From: Utricularia gibba
Lineage: Eukaryota > Plantae > Magnoliophyta
Direction: 5' to 3'
Length of the DNA: 64,000 bases
Assembly (NCBI GenBank): GCA_002189035.1
Contig: NEEC01000020.1
Coordinates: 1,612,001 to 1,676,000 of the forward strand
Shown here: positions 38,903-52,985 of the stretch, one piece after another
Layout of the letters: each line of letters begins with the position of its first letter
How positions within the stretch are numbered: position 1 is the stretch's first letter
Notes under the pieces: model-generated
Database searches by the model: none
Told to the model about the DNA's origin: nothing
Seen by the model: the letters and a program-made list of their open reading frames with translations, nothing else
Translations under genes and position numbers: made by a program

Positions 38903-41240
38903 TGTAAGGAAATAAGCCCACAATTTGAAGTGGGTCTTTGCTCCTTCGCAGGCTGGAAATGAAGTGGTGCCGGGCCCTGAGGAGATGTGGCTTCGGCACT
39001 TATCTCTAGCAGTTATCGGAGTGGCATAAGGTGATGGTTAGTGCACCCTCTGGAAGAGAGGATGAGTTGTGTCTAGGTAGCAGAAGAGGAGGCGAACAAC
39101 TATAGTGTGGAGGGGTGATGAAGATCAGATCACAACTGGAGTGTGCATGTGAGGGTTGGTTGTAGAGGCTGTGCATTTGTGTTCGTTTCCGATCTTATTG
39201 TGCTGTTCGATATTGAACGTCCAGAAGGTTTTATTAGGTGTAAACCTAGCGTTTTATCTGGCTATATTGTGGCTTTCATCAAATCACATACAATTAAATC
39301 AACACAACAACTCATGCATTCCTGAGGTGCATGTGTTGGGCACCACGTGTGTGCAGAGTGATCTTTCTATTTCAACAGGTGCCATCAGAGCGAGGTTCGG
39401 ATGAACGAGGTTCGCGTAATGCCCAAATTAATGCCACAAATTATTCCTTGCGTGTGCTCCAAGATTGAATCTGAGTTAGTATGTAAGGATCTTCAGGATC
39501 CAATAATCAATGCAGCAGATCGGCCCATTAGTGCAGGAGAACATGAGTGGCGATGTTTGCATATGAAGGCTGTATCAATAATGAACCTCTGCACTGAAAA
39601 CAGCCTTTCTCATAGAATTAATGAGTTCCATGATGCTCAAAAGCTCTAGAAAGTATTGGAGGAAATGTTCCAAGCTGACAATGCATTAAACAAATTAGCA
39701 TTATACAAGAGCATCTTGTTTGAAGTATAAGGACGGAGAGTCAATGTTAGAGCACTTGAGCTGATTTAAGGATATCATGGATCAAATGTTCTTAGAAAAA
39801 ATGAGTTTTGATGAGGAGATACAAGCCATTCAACTTATGGACACTCTTCTAGATTCATGGGAAATACTAGTGATCACTTTGAGAAACTCCGCTGGTGGTG
39901 GTCTCAAATTTGATGCTATCGCCGCCTCTCTACTTCAGAGGAGCTATGGGGGAGGAACTCAGGTGTGGAGAAAAGCTTTGACAACAAGGATACGCTTGCT
40001 TACGATAATGGAGAATTTAGAGAGCGATCTCAAGAGAGGTCTAGTAGATCTGGAAGAGATAAGTTCAAAGACCATCAGAAATGACATACTAGGGATGGGA
40101 AGCATGAAAAGAAGCTAGAGACATGATCATGTTTTGATTGTGGTAAGAAACTCCACCTACGAAAACATTGTTGCAGTTACAAGAAATGTCAAGAAAACAC
40201 ATCAAAAGAATGGCAAGCAATGGATCAACCAGAAAGGAATTCCACATCATATTTGAGTCATGTGGATGATGATTTACTAGTGTTGTTAGCAGCAGAGGCT
40301 GGGGAAATGGGCATCGAGAATTCTTGGTTTGTTGATTTAGCCGCCTGATTTCATGCAACATCTAGACATACGATCTACTATAAGCTGTGTAAGTCCTACA
40401 TCGTCAATGTTTAGAAGCTGGGGAAATAGGAAATAGGTGATTTAATGCTCACTACTAATATGGGGACCCTGTTATAAGTAGGTGAGTTAGACATGAGTGG
40501 TTATAGACATAGTCTTAGTGAAATGACCTCCAAGTTGATTAAGAGCTCCATGGTAGTGGTGAAATGATATATGGTTGGGAGGTTGTATAAAACTGAATTG
40601 ACGGATGAGCCTGTAGAACTGTATGATGTCACCGGTTCACATGTAGCATATGATTTATGGCATAGGAGAATGGGGCATCTGTTAGAAGCTGGAATACAGA
40701 TTGTCCAGCGAATTCCAGATTGAAAGTATCGAATCCTCAAGTGTATGTGAGAGCTCTTATTTATGGGAAGCATCATAGAGTAGCATTTCCATCAAGCATT
40801 TAGAAGCACACATATAAGCTTGACGTTGGAGGTCCACTAAATATTCCTATTTGGAGGGATGCAGCATTATTTGACGTTTGTGGATGATGCCATGCGAAAA
40901 ACATGGGTTTACCTTGCGAAGAAAAAATCAGATGTTTTTCAGACCTTCAAGCATTTCCATTTAATGTTTGAAAGGGAGACAGAAGCTCAGCTTAAGTGTA
41001 TCTAGACAGATAATGGTGTGGAATTTTGTAGTGATGAAGTCAAATTTTATTGCCTTTGAAAGGTTGTCATAGAACCTTGAGCACCGCAACACAACCCAAT
41101 TGCTGAAAGCACTCAAGCCTGTCTATTATTTATCTAACAGAAGTCCCAAGAAGTCACTTTCATTTTGCATACCAGAACAAGCATGGATTGGGAAATCAGT
41201 AAGTTTTAATCATTTACAAGTTTTTGGTTGTAAGGCTTTT
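38903..41240 (+). mobile_element. Highly degraded Ty1/Copia (LTR, PBS, gag, integrase)
   Basis: LTR ends CA at 39377; decayed PBS TGCCATCAGAGC at 39380-39391. Gag FDEEIQAIQLMDTLLDSWEILVITLRNS; integrase HYLTFVDDAMRKTWVYL..TDNGVEF; NHLQVFGCKAF. LTR start approximate. Confidence 0.8.
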
Positions 41241-43017
41241 GTGAGACATTTTGATTGAATATAGCTCAGATAATTTTTTCTTATGTTGGAAACACACACC
41301 ATCCCTGAATTTCTTGAAAAGGAATGAATGTTGAATAAATGTAATAGGCAAAAATGACTCCAACACTTAGGTTATTTATTATGCAAAAAATATGTATTCC
41401 ACCCATGATGTGTCTATAAAACTTTTTCAAAAATTATGTGCGATTTGATCTGTGATGTCGGGTACTATTGCGCATACAATAGAATATATACAGTTGTTTG
41501 TGTTAATAACAATTGCAATCAAAAGATTATATGTGTATTGTCCATAAAGATGTGCACAATTAATACAAAAAACTAGACAACATTATTGAAAGATATTCGT
41601 TGAAAATTCAAAATCTCAAAATACTTTATGTAACAAACTATAACTATTGTCAATTATTGTAGAGACAAATTTTACTATTATTCTTTGATTTTACCTATGC
41701 ACCTCATGGAAATCTCATGAGAATTGTTTCATAAAACTTTCTTAAGTATCATATTACATCTGATATCCTTTCTTTATAGATGTATTATAAAACTAAATTA
41801 AAAAATATTCACAAATTATTCATATGTTTACATGTTCGTAATATTTTATTCATAAAATATTGCAGTAATACAATATTTTTTTATAAATTTTGTATGTTTT
41901 GTAGAAATAAAAATAAAAATATAAAAGTACATTTAAAAAACATTATATATGCAAACAATTTTTTTTTGTTAGAAACGACAGATGAAACTAGTGGTAAATG
42001 ATCTCATTCTTTGGTCTTTCTTATTTTTTATTCGTCAGTTATTATGATGATAAAATTAATAATAATAATAATATATTATTAAAACATAATAATATTATCT
42101 ATGAGCCCAATTATTTTACTTATGAACTAAGAGCTAATGTCTGTATGCTTTGTTAAAATGGCAAACGACTACTATTTATTTAATTATTATATAATAAATA
42201 TATAAAATGGAAAACTAAAGGTTTAATTACCTATATATAAAAAAATATTAAAACTAAAAATATATGATATGTTTACAAATGCTCAACTGGGACACAGGTA
42301 TTTTGCCAACCCTAAGGACTCAACGGGGATCCCCTTATTTCTTTATCTGATTCCATGTCAAAGTAAAGGGCCCCTTTCTTGTTTCTTGACAAAGTTCTAG
42401 AGTTTTTTTGGCCTAAATTACAAAGTGAGTCTATTTTATTGCTATTTCAAAAAACAACTTGATAGTTTTTATTATTATACTTTTGATAGCTTAATTGATT
42501 GATTCACAACACCCATTCTTTAATATTTATAGGCACTTTACAAGTTATAACAAATAAGGCACCATGAGATTAAATGTATACTATATTTTTTATTTCTATA
42601 AAACTATCGATAGATATGGTATATTTTCTATACTCTCTTTTATTTATTATCTTAGAAAATTTGAAATATTTGATGACTTCAGTGAATCATCTTATTGTCC
42701 TAAAAAAAGTAATCTTTCGTGATGAAGTCCGTTGATTGGGGTAAAATAATTGTATCTCTTAGGACACGTACACGCACCTTTTAATGTATACGGTTCAAAA
42801 AGAATTTGGTTGACTCTCGGGAGTGATTGAAAGAGAGACCCGCTCAAGCAGACGGGCACTGCTGTGTGCGAGAGTAAGCATGCGGTTTGCCGGGCAGGGC
42901 ACGGTAGCAGGCCCACATGACCGGATGAGGTGGATGCTGTGTGGGGTAATGTGGCCATGTGTCTCACCATCGGAAAGGATGAGAAGATGAAAGGGAGGGG
43001 TGACCAACCACATACTA

Positions 43018-46000
43018 TGAACAAGAACACGATTTGGGAATTTATGTTCTACTCAACTAAAATGAACATACCAGTATATATACAAATGAAAAGAAATAGA
43101 ATAAATAAATAAATAAATAATAAATATAAATATACAATATTAATAAAACATCATCTTTTCTTTTGTGCACGATCGTTTGCATCTTCCTTCGCGTCATTGA
43201 CATTCAACACACTTGCATCCTCATTTATGTCTTTCTCATTCAACACCCCCCCCCCTCAAGCTGGAATTGGGAGACATCACATAAGCCCAGCTTGCCGATC
43301 ATATTGAGGAAGTGTGTAGTGCTCAAACCTTTTGTACAAGTCAACAAGCTGCAATGAAGAGGAAACAAATCTACAACTCAAAAAACCTTTTCGTTGTTGT
43401 TCTCGCATATTGTGACAATCAATCTCAATGTGCTTTGTTCGCTCATGGAATACTAGATTAGAAGCAATATGAATAGCTGCTTGGTTATCACACCACAAGG
43501 GTATTGGTGTAATTAAGGGCACATGCATTTCCATAAGCAAATAACTAATCCATCGCAATTCACTTGTAGTGAGAGACATGCTCTTGTATTTTACTTCAGT
43601 AGAGTATTTAACAACCACATTTTGCTTTTTGGCATGCCAAGAGATAAGTGAATGCCCTAAGAATACACAATAACCGGATATAGATCGTCGAGTGGTACTA
43701 CATGCCCTCAATCCGCATCACAATAAGCTTCCAAATATAAATCCCCATGCTTGGGAAAAAACAAACCTCGTGTCAAGGTACCATTAAGATAGCATACAGC
43801 CCTCTTTGCAATTTCCCATTGGTTTGAAGAAGGATGTTGAAGAAACTGACTTAATTGCTGAGTGATACAAGCTAGATCAGGCCTAGTAAAACTGAGATAT
43901 AGTAAACGCCCTACTTGCTTTCGATAAATAGTTTCTTCCAATATATCTCCCTCTCCAATTGGTGTAAACTTGAAGTTGCGTTGTCGTGGGGTAAGCGATG
44001 GAGCTGAATCTCTAAGTTTCATATCTTGGACAATATCAATGGCATACTTACGTTGTGATAGGAAATAATTGCCAGTTGTCCTATGTAACTCCAAACCAAG
44101 GAAAAAAGTGGCTTCCCCTAAGTCTTTGATAGTGAACAACCTGTGTAGATAGGACTTTACTTCTTGAATAAAGTTCAAACTACTTCCTATCAATAGAAAA
44201 TCATCAACATACACCACCAATAAGGTGATTGAATCAGTAGTCTTATGTACGAATAAACAGTTATCCGACTGAGCTTGAAGAAAACCAAAGAAGATTAGAG
44301 CATTTGTAAGTTCTATATTCCACTATCTAGAGATTTGTTTAAGACCATACAATGACTTCTTTAATAAAGAAACTTTCCCTATAGACCCTATGTCATAGTC
44401 CTCTGGCGGGATCATATAAATAACTTCATCCAAGTGACCATGGAGAAAGCATTATTAATATCTAACTGATGCAAAAACTATCCCTTCTTTGCACTAACAG
44501 TTAGTACCAAACGAATGGTCACCATTTTGGCAATTGAAGAGAAGCTATCATAGTAATCAACACCTTCAACTTGGTTGTAGCCTTTCGCTACCAAACGTGT
44601 CTTGTAACATGCCACACATCCATCCGGATTCAATTTAACCTTATAAACCCACTTATATCCAATAGGCTTACTACCTTGAGGTAGGGTGACGAGTATCCAA
44701 GTATCATTGGCTTCCAAAGGTGCAATTTCATCTTGCATGGCTTGTTCCCAAGATGCATTTCCTTTTGCTTCCATGTAAGTTCTTGGTTCATCAATAGTAA
44801 ACATAAGAGCCATGGATTCACTATATGTGCTGGCCAAGCAAGTAGAGTCAGGTGAAAAAGAAGGGTTGGTGTAATCTAAGGCCCATGCTGGAGGTTTTGT
44901 AACTCGATCACTCCTTCGTAGAAGTGGCACCACAAGTCTTGGAGGTGTGGAAGGAATGGACTCAATGGGTGAGTGAGTGGATGTGGAGTTATCCATTTTA
45001 AAGCGATCAGGTGATGAGGGACACACTTGATTGACCATAGAAGTAGGGGAGTTAGTAGTGGAAGGAGACAATTGTGGTGAGGCTATAGGAAGAGGAGTAG
45101 AAGATTGATCTACCATGGTTGAAGAGAATTCATTTGTTTGAGGAAAATCAAACCCTTCCTCATAAGTAGTAAAAAGTGGAAGAATAGATTCTAAATCCCT
45201 AAAATCAAGAGATGAATGTCCCTTTAATGGAAATACATTCTCAAAAAATTTCACATCCACAGAAATGAGAATCTTCTTGGTGTCTAAATCGTAAAGTTTA
45301 TAACCTTTATGATTCATTGGGAAACTGAGAAAAATACACTTTATTGCTCGAGGTGAAAACTTATCTCTATCAAGAGTTGTCAGAGTGGCATAACATAGAC
45401 ATCTGAACACCCTTAAATGATCATAGGTGGGTTAGACATTTAAAAGCATCTCTATGGGTGTTCTCCAACTAAGAACATAAGAAGGAAGTCTATTAAGTAG
45501 ATAAGTGGCTGTTAGAATACTTTCACCCCAAAAATCCCGTGGCAAACCAGATTGGAACATGAGAGCTCTAGGAATTTCTAAAAGACTTTTGTGCTTACAC
45601 TCAATAATCCCATTTTGCTGAGGAGTATGAGGACAAGTAGCTTGAGAGACAATACCTAAAGTGGAAAGCCAACCAAGTAAATTTCCTCCAGTAAACTCCC
45701 CCTTATTGTCTTATCGAAGAAGTTTTACATGATAACCATATTGGGTTTGGACCATTGGAATGAAGGATTACAGAATTTCAAAGGCATGACCTTTTGTAGG
45801 TATAAGAAAAGTCCAAGTACATCGAGTGAAATCATCAATCAAACTTAAGAAAAATTTGTACCCTGATAAACAAAAAATTTAATGTAACATCGTTAGAATT
45901 GCAAATTTTCCTATCAAATAAAATTTATAAACCTAATTCACATCAAATCATATGAAAAATATGAGCATAGTGGACTAGAGTCGAACACAAGGAGCTAGGT

Positions 46001-49000
46001 GCTTGCTATGTGAAAGTCAATGCATACAATCAGTGTCATGTTGATAGATTTGTTCTTAACTAGGACTAAGGAAAAGTTACGATAAAATAAAGTAAAGAAA
46101 AGTAACAAGCTTCTAAACTCGGTTGTTTCTGGAATGAAATGGATAATGCCTTGGGACTCCTAGGAGACATATGGTTATCACTAAACAAACTCACACAAAC
46201 CATAAATCAAACAACTAACACACAAAGTTTAGGTCTATCTCTAATTAGGGTTGTTAAGCTGGGTTTCACTGCTTCCCCTCTTGCATCTATCTTAGTTTGT
46301 TAAGGAAGTGGTGTGACTTATGGTTTATTAGGTCTAAAGATTGATTAGCACAAATTTTCCCTTTTCACCCCAAGGCATCCCTAAATACTTAGCCATTAAT
46401 AACAAGGGAAAGAAAAACATTTTCATAACCTAGAAACCAGAGCATGTTCATGTCGTTGTGCAACAACAAGAAAGAAACATAAATAAAGATAGAAGATGAT
46501 AAACAGTCCCTGCTGAAAGCTAAATCTATTCCTAATTAGGAATAGTTTTCCTGATAAACGAAAAGTTCAAGTGTAGCTGAAATCTTCTTCTTTGTCCTCC
46601 ATGGTTCTTCTATGACTTTCCTCCCCAAAAAACCGTCTCTAGAAAGCTGTGTCGTGTGCTCCAATGGGGGAGTTCTTTTCTCTCTCCATCTTGTCCCCTT
46701 TTTGTCCAAAATCCTCCTTTTTCTCTTCCTTGGATTTTGTGTGTACTCCTTTTCAGACTTTTGCCCCATCCTCTACCACTACAATGTTCATATCCGGCTC
46801 CTTGGGATTTGTGTTGCCGACATGTGCTGCATTGCTCAAAGGAAACTATTAGAAGTAAGATTGGGACTAAATAACACAACTACGATACTATGCGCAAAAA
46901 TAAAGAACTAGACAGTAAAACTTTTTTTTTGTAGTACAATATGAGTTATTTCCCTGTACTCAATCAGTCAAAAATATGTGTTATCATACCCCATGAAAGT
47001 TGGGATTTTGTAAGATCCCCAAACATCACAATGAACTAAGTTAAAGGGTTGGGAATCTCGAGTGGTGTTGATCGGAAATGGAATGCGATGAAATTTTGCA
47101 TATTCACAAATATCACATGGATTGGATTTAGTATCACAAGTAAAGGAAAGATGTGTAGAGGTAGTATGAGAAACATGGCCTAGTCGACAATACCATAATA
47201 GAGAAGAACTTTGTTTTTCATGAGTTTTACCAAAACACACAATTTTACTAAGCAATAGAGCACATTGTTTGAAAAGGAGATTACAAGTGCATTCTTCTAA
47301 TGAACCAAAAACACCCAATGAGTAAGCTTGTAAGAATTTGGGTTGAAAGGATCTCCAATCAACAATGTACAAGCCATCCTTTAATCTTCCTATTCCTAAG
47401 AGACGCTTAGAGGGTAGGTCCTGGAAAAGGCAACAAGAATCGCAGAAAATAACATCAATATTCATGGCAGTGAGTTGACTAATAGACAACAAATTATATT
47501 TGAAACTAGGAATATATAAAACAGATGATAGCTTAATGGACTCAGATAGCTGAATGGAACCGATGTGAGTGACTCTTTTAAAAGAACCATCTGGTAGGAA
47601 CACGAGGTTACAGGTTTTGACGGGCTAGAGGTTAGAGAAAAAGCTAGTAGAAGAGTGCATATGTGAAGTGGCTCCAATGTCTACTACGCATTCCAAGATT
47701 TCATACAAGAAGCATCAAAATCACCAATGAGCACGCACTTAGCCATAGTAAAGTAACAAGTAGCATCTTCAGAATATAAAGGATGCAAGCTAAGATTTGA
47801 AGCATTACCAATAAAATCACCAAAACCATCAAAGTTGGCCTTTGTTTGATCTTGTGGTGGAATATGTAGTCCAATGGCTCTCATGACCTCTTGCTTGATA
47901 AATTGTGCAGTTTCAGCATTGATACCTGCACTACAAGCAACATCACCAATCGATGATGTGTTAGTAGGATTAGATTGTGGATTAATAAGAGCCGCACCAG
48001 CAATAGAGTTAAGTCCCATGGTTGTGCAATGGACATAAGAATAAGTATTTCGCCCTTGGTTTCCTCTATCAGGCCTTTTTTGAAGTTCTAGGTACCAATC
48101 AGGCCATTCAGATTCTGGCACTCCTTTGAAAAAAGTCTCTTTCAAATGACCGTTTTTCTTGCATTTCGTACAGTAACGAAGCTTCTTGTCCACAGATTTT
48201 GTCATGAATACATTCTCATGAGAAGAAATATCCGTAGGTGTCATCTTTCCCATCAAAGCAGATCCAGGGAGCATTGAATCTTTAGGTTGAAGCGTTTCAG
48301 CATTCAACATAATTGAGAAGGCCTCATCCAGAGAGGGTGCTTTATCAATGTGCATACTATTCAGCAATCAAGAGCTTACAAGACTATCAGCATGATGCCA
48401 AGAACGAAAATTAGTAGAACCAGGTAATGGCTTTACAGGTTCACCATTAATAAAACCAAGTTTATCTTTGCAATCTAGGGAAGAGTAACCAGACGGCTAC
48501 AATCCTTAAAATTTGTAGAAGTAAGAGGAAGATTTACCAACTTGGAACCTAGGTTATAAGCAGTAATGACAAGATAGGTAGGATTACATTGATCATTATC
48601 CCCAAAAATCACAGTAGATTTGGAATCGTTGTTTCTCAAAGAAGAACCAAGAGCATCAGTAGGGTTTTGATTAATAAATTCCTCCATATCCAATGAAGGA
48701 GAAAGGATACGTGCCACTGTAGGATGAAGAGAACAGAAAATGGATTGCACAAAAGTGTGTTGAATCTTGGCTTTGATATCATGAACAAGAACACGATTTG
48801 GGAATTTCTGTTCTACTCAACTAAAATGAACATACTAGTATATATACAAAGGAAAAGGAAAGGAATAAAAAAATGAAATAAAAAAATAAATATAAATATA
48901 CAATATTAATATAGAATAAAACTTCATCTTTTCTTCTGTGCACGATCGTTTGCATCTTTCTTTGCGTCATTGACGTTCAACACACTTGCATCCTCATTTA

Positions 49001-49018
49001 TGTCTTTCTCATTCAACA
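43018..49018 (-). mobile_element. Full-length Ty1/Copia with both LTRs and TSD (non-functional)
   Basis: LTRs 43018-43245 and 48782-49018 (TG..CA, roughly 93% identical by eye). TSD TACTA at 43013-43017 and 49019-49023. G-run PPT beside the 3' LTR; decayed PBS TGATATCAAAGCC. gag (CTKCKKNGH), protease/GAG-pre-INT, INT, RT (YVDDFL) and RH (WCDNQAAIHIASNLVFHERTKHIEIDCH), with stops. Confidence 0.95.
45864..46986 (-). mobile_element. Athila-like solo LTR (family B) nested in the Copia integrase
   Basis: TGATAA..TTATCA termini; TSD TACCC at 45859-45863 and 46987-46991. Removing it restores PTFMG-YKFFLSLIDDFTR. Homologous to 57482-58673. Confidence 0.92.
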
Positions 49019-51121
49019 TACTAGGCACTTCAAACCAAGGTTTAGGAAGGGGAAGGTGCCACGGTTCACAAAGAATCTCGAACACCCAAGGGACACATGA
49101 AGTCTATAAAAGGGAGGGCATGGTGATGTGGAAAGCATGATGAAACGGAGGAGCATCACCATGATGAGATTTGGAAGAGGTAGATCCCAATTTGAGAGAA
49201 AGGCATGAAGCCATACAAAGGTAAGGGGAACTTGTGCCGGAACCATAAATGTAAGGGCCTCACAGCTAAGATGGTTAGGGAGCTCAATGGGGTGGGGTAG
49301 GACCCTTCGCAAAGGTATCTCATACGGCAACCCGAGAGTAGATTGGGGCTAGATCAAGCCGTGAGCTCCAATAAGAGTAGGGTTGGGACATGTGATTGTG
49401 GTTGGGACCCCTCTTGATGGCAACGTGATGAAACGTTACAAGAAGGAAAGCCAAAGAAACCATCGGGTTGAACAATGCACTAATTACACTTTTTCAAGAT
49501 TATGTTGATGCATTCTTTGATTGGTAGTGTGGTCTACTAGTTGACCCCCTAGGAACATGTGTTGGGTGAAGTTTTGAGGCGGGACGATGTGGGAGGAGGC
49601 GGTGGTGGAATGAATCCGGAAGGCTGAGGCGACAGGGAAATAGAATGTTATGAACTCGCTTGTTTTCTGTGAACATTTCCTTTTATGTTTTCACTTAGGC
49701 GATGATGTGAACCTTTTTGTTAGCTATAAATAAAATATTTCCATGTAGCCTTGTGCCTAAGAGGGGAAACATGTTGAGACCAAAGCTGCTTGAGAGTGGA
49801 TCTAACTCATGAGTTGGAGACATTCCTGGTGGTGGAGAAGCCTCGGGTCGCTGGATGAAGATCGATAAGCTGGGAGGAATTCCGTAGGAAGTTCCTTGAC
49901 CATTACTACCCAGTGGTAGTGATCACTTAAAAGGTGGTCGAATTTGAGGCAATTCATGAGTGAATTGGCAAATCAGTCCACGATTTTCACACTCGCTATT
50001 ACAATCTTGTCCAAATCATGCCCAGGTTAACCAAATGGAACAATTGTTGGTACTAAAGTTTGCCAAGGGTTAGTGCCCGACTTTGGGAGGAACAAATTTC
50101 GGTGGTTGCCAAGATGATGGGCGAACTGCTAAGGGCAGCCTTACTACTCGAAATTGAATTGATGGCCTTGGATGAGGGGAGGAACAAGCAAATGATTACG
50201 AGAGAGTATACAACCAAAGTCGTGAACCTACCTAGGAGGGATGCTGGATGGAACAAGGCCGTTGCTTGCATGGAATGTTGATGGAAGCATACAGAGGAAT
50301 GCCGAGCAAGAGTATGTTATGCGTGGGGACATGGTGGTCATATTTCCAGGAATTAATCCACATGTTCAACAAGCTCAGGAGCACAACAAAGCAACTGAGG
50401 AGGTGGGCGAGTCTACTACCTTGACTGTGATGAGATGGAGCAAGACGAGAAGGCTATCTTAGGTACAGAAAAAATATGTAAACTGAAGTTATCCCTTTAT
50501 TTGACTGTAGAGCTACCCAATCCTTAGGGTGGAACTACTATAGAAACGAGTCCGACTCATCAGGTAAAAAATTAAGTAGCTGACTTGGTGGGTCAAACTC
50601 GTGCAGGTTAAGCCCTTAACTTGGCTCATATCGGGGTTGACCTATAAATTAAGTTGGATTTGGGGGTTTCAATGTTTTTTTAATTTTCATTATTTTTTTT
50701 AACATTTTTTTCACATTCTTACTATTTTTCATGTGTGTATTTGATATGTGGATGAATACATGAGGTTGGAGCTCAAGCAGCCCGCTTTTTTTTTTTTTTT
50801 TTTTTACTTCTACTTCTCAAAAAAAGTAGAAATAAAAATAAATCTACAAAACCACATTCTACTATCCCATTTTTAACTTCTCAAATAATTTTATTTTTTA
50901 CAAAATATATTGAGTATGAAAATCAGCTTTGAGTTACTTCTTATTATTTCTACTTCTTAGTGTAAATTTACTTGTTTATCCCTCATTACAAAAATATATT
51001 CATTCCTTATCCGCTTTCCATTAATTCTGTTATCCATATTTTGTTTTGGTGTTTTGAAAGTAAAAGGTTTACATAATAAAATTAATATAAAATAATTTAA
51101 TAGTAATCCATGTTCATGGGT

Positions 51122-52522
51122 TGATAAACGAAAATTTTAGCAATGTCGTTGCAATAAAACCAAATTTTTGTATCAAATAAATTTATAAGCCCTAATCCTC
51201 ATAAAATACAAATTAAACACAAAATGTATAGTGAAATTCAGGGTCGATCAAAAGGAGCATGTGCTTGCTAAGTATTTCAGTAGATGCATAATTCGGAATA
51301 ATAATGAATCTTAGTCTAAGGTTGGACCAACAGTGGTAAACAAGTTCAGTAAACAACATAAGTAAACTATATCAAGTCTCGACACTAAAGGTAACAAGTA
51401 ATGGTTGTAACTCAAAGTAATACTAAGATGCCTTAAGGGTTTGCAGGTGGTGTGATGCTAAAATATCTAATTTAATTTACCATGTTCCTACACTTACATT
51501 TTCAAATAACTTAAGTCTACCCAAGTCATTCATCATATTTTCGGCTAAGCTAGTCCCCAATATCATCACCAACATTGCACTTAAGTCTACCCGCATGCAA
51601 AACATATAGAACTAGGTCTACCCAGTTCTACTGGTTCTACCTCGAACTAACACCTACTGCTCCCATCTTGATTTGTTGGTCTACCTCTAAATCAAACATC
51701 TTAGTTGTGAAGCTATTTGTTCCCCTCCTTAGGTCTACCCATGGAATGATAGAAACAATAACTAAGAAACAATGATGAATTTTATTATGAATTCTAAATC
51801 CACACCACTATGCTTTACCTTAAGGCATCCTTAGGGTTCTAGCCACTCATGCTTGGAAGGTAAAATATGATAATATTAACACAAAATAGCAAAAATGTCA
51901 AGAACATCATGAGAAAGTTGGTTGCAGAAACTAAAAATGTCATTAAACGAAAGTAGAGCAGTAATAATTCTGGTTTCCGTTGGCCAAAACAGTCGCGCTG
52001 GACTGGGTCTTGATCTTTGTTCTTCACATTGGAGGCTCTTCTCCATAAAATCGCCCTCCTTTTCCTTCTCCTTCCAATATTCATCATGTTCGAGTTGTTG
52101 AGGAAACCCCCTCGTGTGTGCTGCAAACTCTTCTAAAGCTCTCATTTGATTCTCTCTCCTCGTCATGTTTCTCTCACATCTCACTTCCCAAGGCAAGTAC
52201 AATCTCTGACTACTCTGCTGCTCCTGCTCCTGCTCCTAACTTGCACACTGACGCTGCGATGGTGTACTCATTGCTCCCTGCTGCACGTTGACTTGCACTA
52301 AATCCATGCTACCTCCCCTGGATTTTTTGAATTGCTGCAAGACTCAAAATCGGGTTAGAACATGGGATGGGTTAAATCAAAGGATTTAGTCTACTAACAG
52401 ACCAAAAATCATATTTTCCTAAGTTATATAAAAAATACTTAAAACTATAAAATAAACAACTATACATAATTAGAAATTTTTTATTTTCATATCATAAAAG
52501 TGAAAAAATTTGTGTGCTATCA
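51122..52522 (-). mobile_element. Athila-like solo LTR (family A) inside the hAT
   Basis: TGATAAAC...GTGCTATCA; TSD TGGGT at 51117-51121 and 52523-52527. Homologous to 5612-6482, with about 0.5 kb extra internal sequence carrying repeated (A/G)GTCTACC motifs. Confidence 0.9.
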
Positions 52523-52599
52523 TGGGTCTATCTTAAAGCGACATAAACATGATTTTCTCAATCGATAAAAATAATACCTAAGGATTAATTGCAAAAAGA

Positions 52600-52985
52600 A
52601 ATTTTAAAAGAAAAAATAATGCACTCGATCCAACAAAGCCATAAGGATTGAATGGCTGACGGACGTGGGTTACTACTTAACCACATTCATGTGTGTAACA
52701 CAAAGTGGTTATTGCAATCAAACCAAAGAAGATGTAAGGATTGAACGCTGAAATAAATTAAAATATAAAAAACAAAGCACTCAACCAAAAGAAGAGGTAA
52801 AGATTGAACAACAGAAGGACATGGGTTACACGTAAACCACGTCCGTGTGTGCATCTGGAGCAATCAATCCAGTGAAGAAATAAGGATCGAACAAGCCAAA
52901 GTGATGATAGAGATCTAATGTTAGTAGAATTTTAAAATAAAAAAAGCACTTGATCTAAAGAAGAAGTTAAGATCGAATGGCTTCC
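52600..52985. repeat. Degenerate ~155-170 bp tandem repeat
   Basis: Three copies of AATT(T)TAAAA..AAAGCACT..AAAGAAG..AAGAT(T/C)GAA; two carry GGAC(G/A)TGGGTTAC..AACCAC. Confidence 0.6.

Larger units (their letters stand above)
42750..50500 (+). mobile_element. Ty3/Gypsy (Tekay/Del-type) 5' region and gag, interrupted by the Copia
   Basis: GC-richer leader continues on both sides of the Copia. Retrotransposon-gag motif WEEFRRKFLDHYYP at 49871, then VVEFEAI..SVHDFHTRYYNL. Left boundary uncertain. Confidence 0.65.

Noticed and set aside
46536-46911. Cluster of overlapping 60-100 aa ORFs (also 57606-57922)
   Set aside because: Purine/pyrimidine-biased LTR sequence gives stop-poor frames on both strands; no domain.
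50786-50805. Poly-T run as a SINE/LINE tail
   Set aside because: No Pol III A/B boxes, RT remnant or TSD visible next to it.
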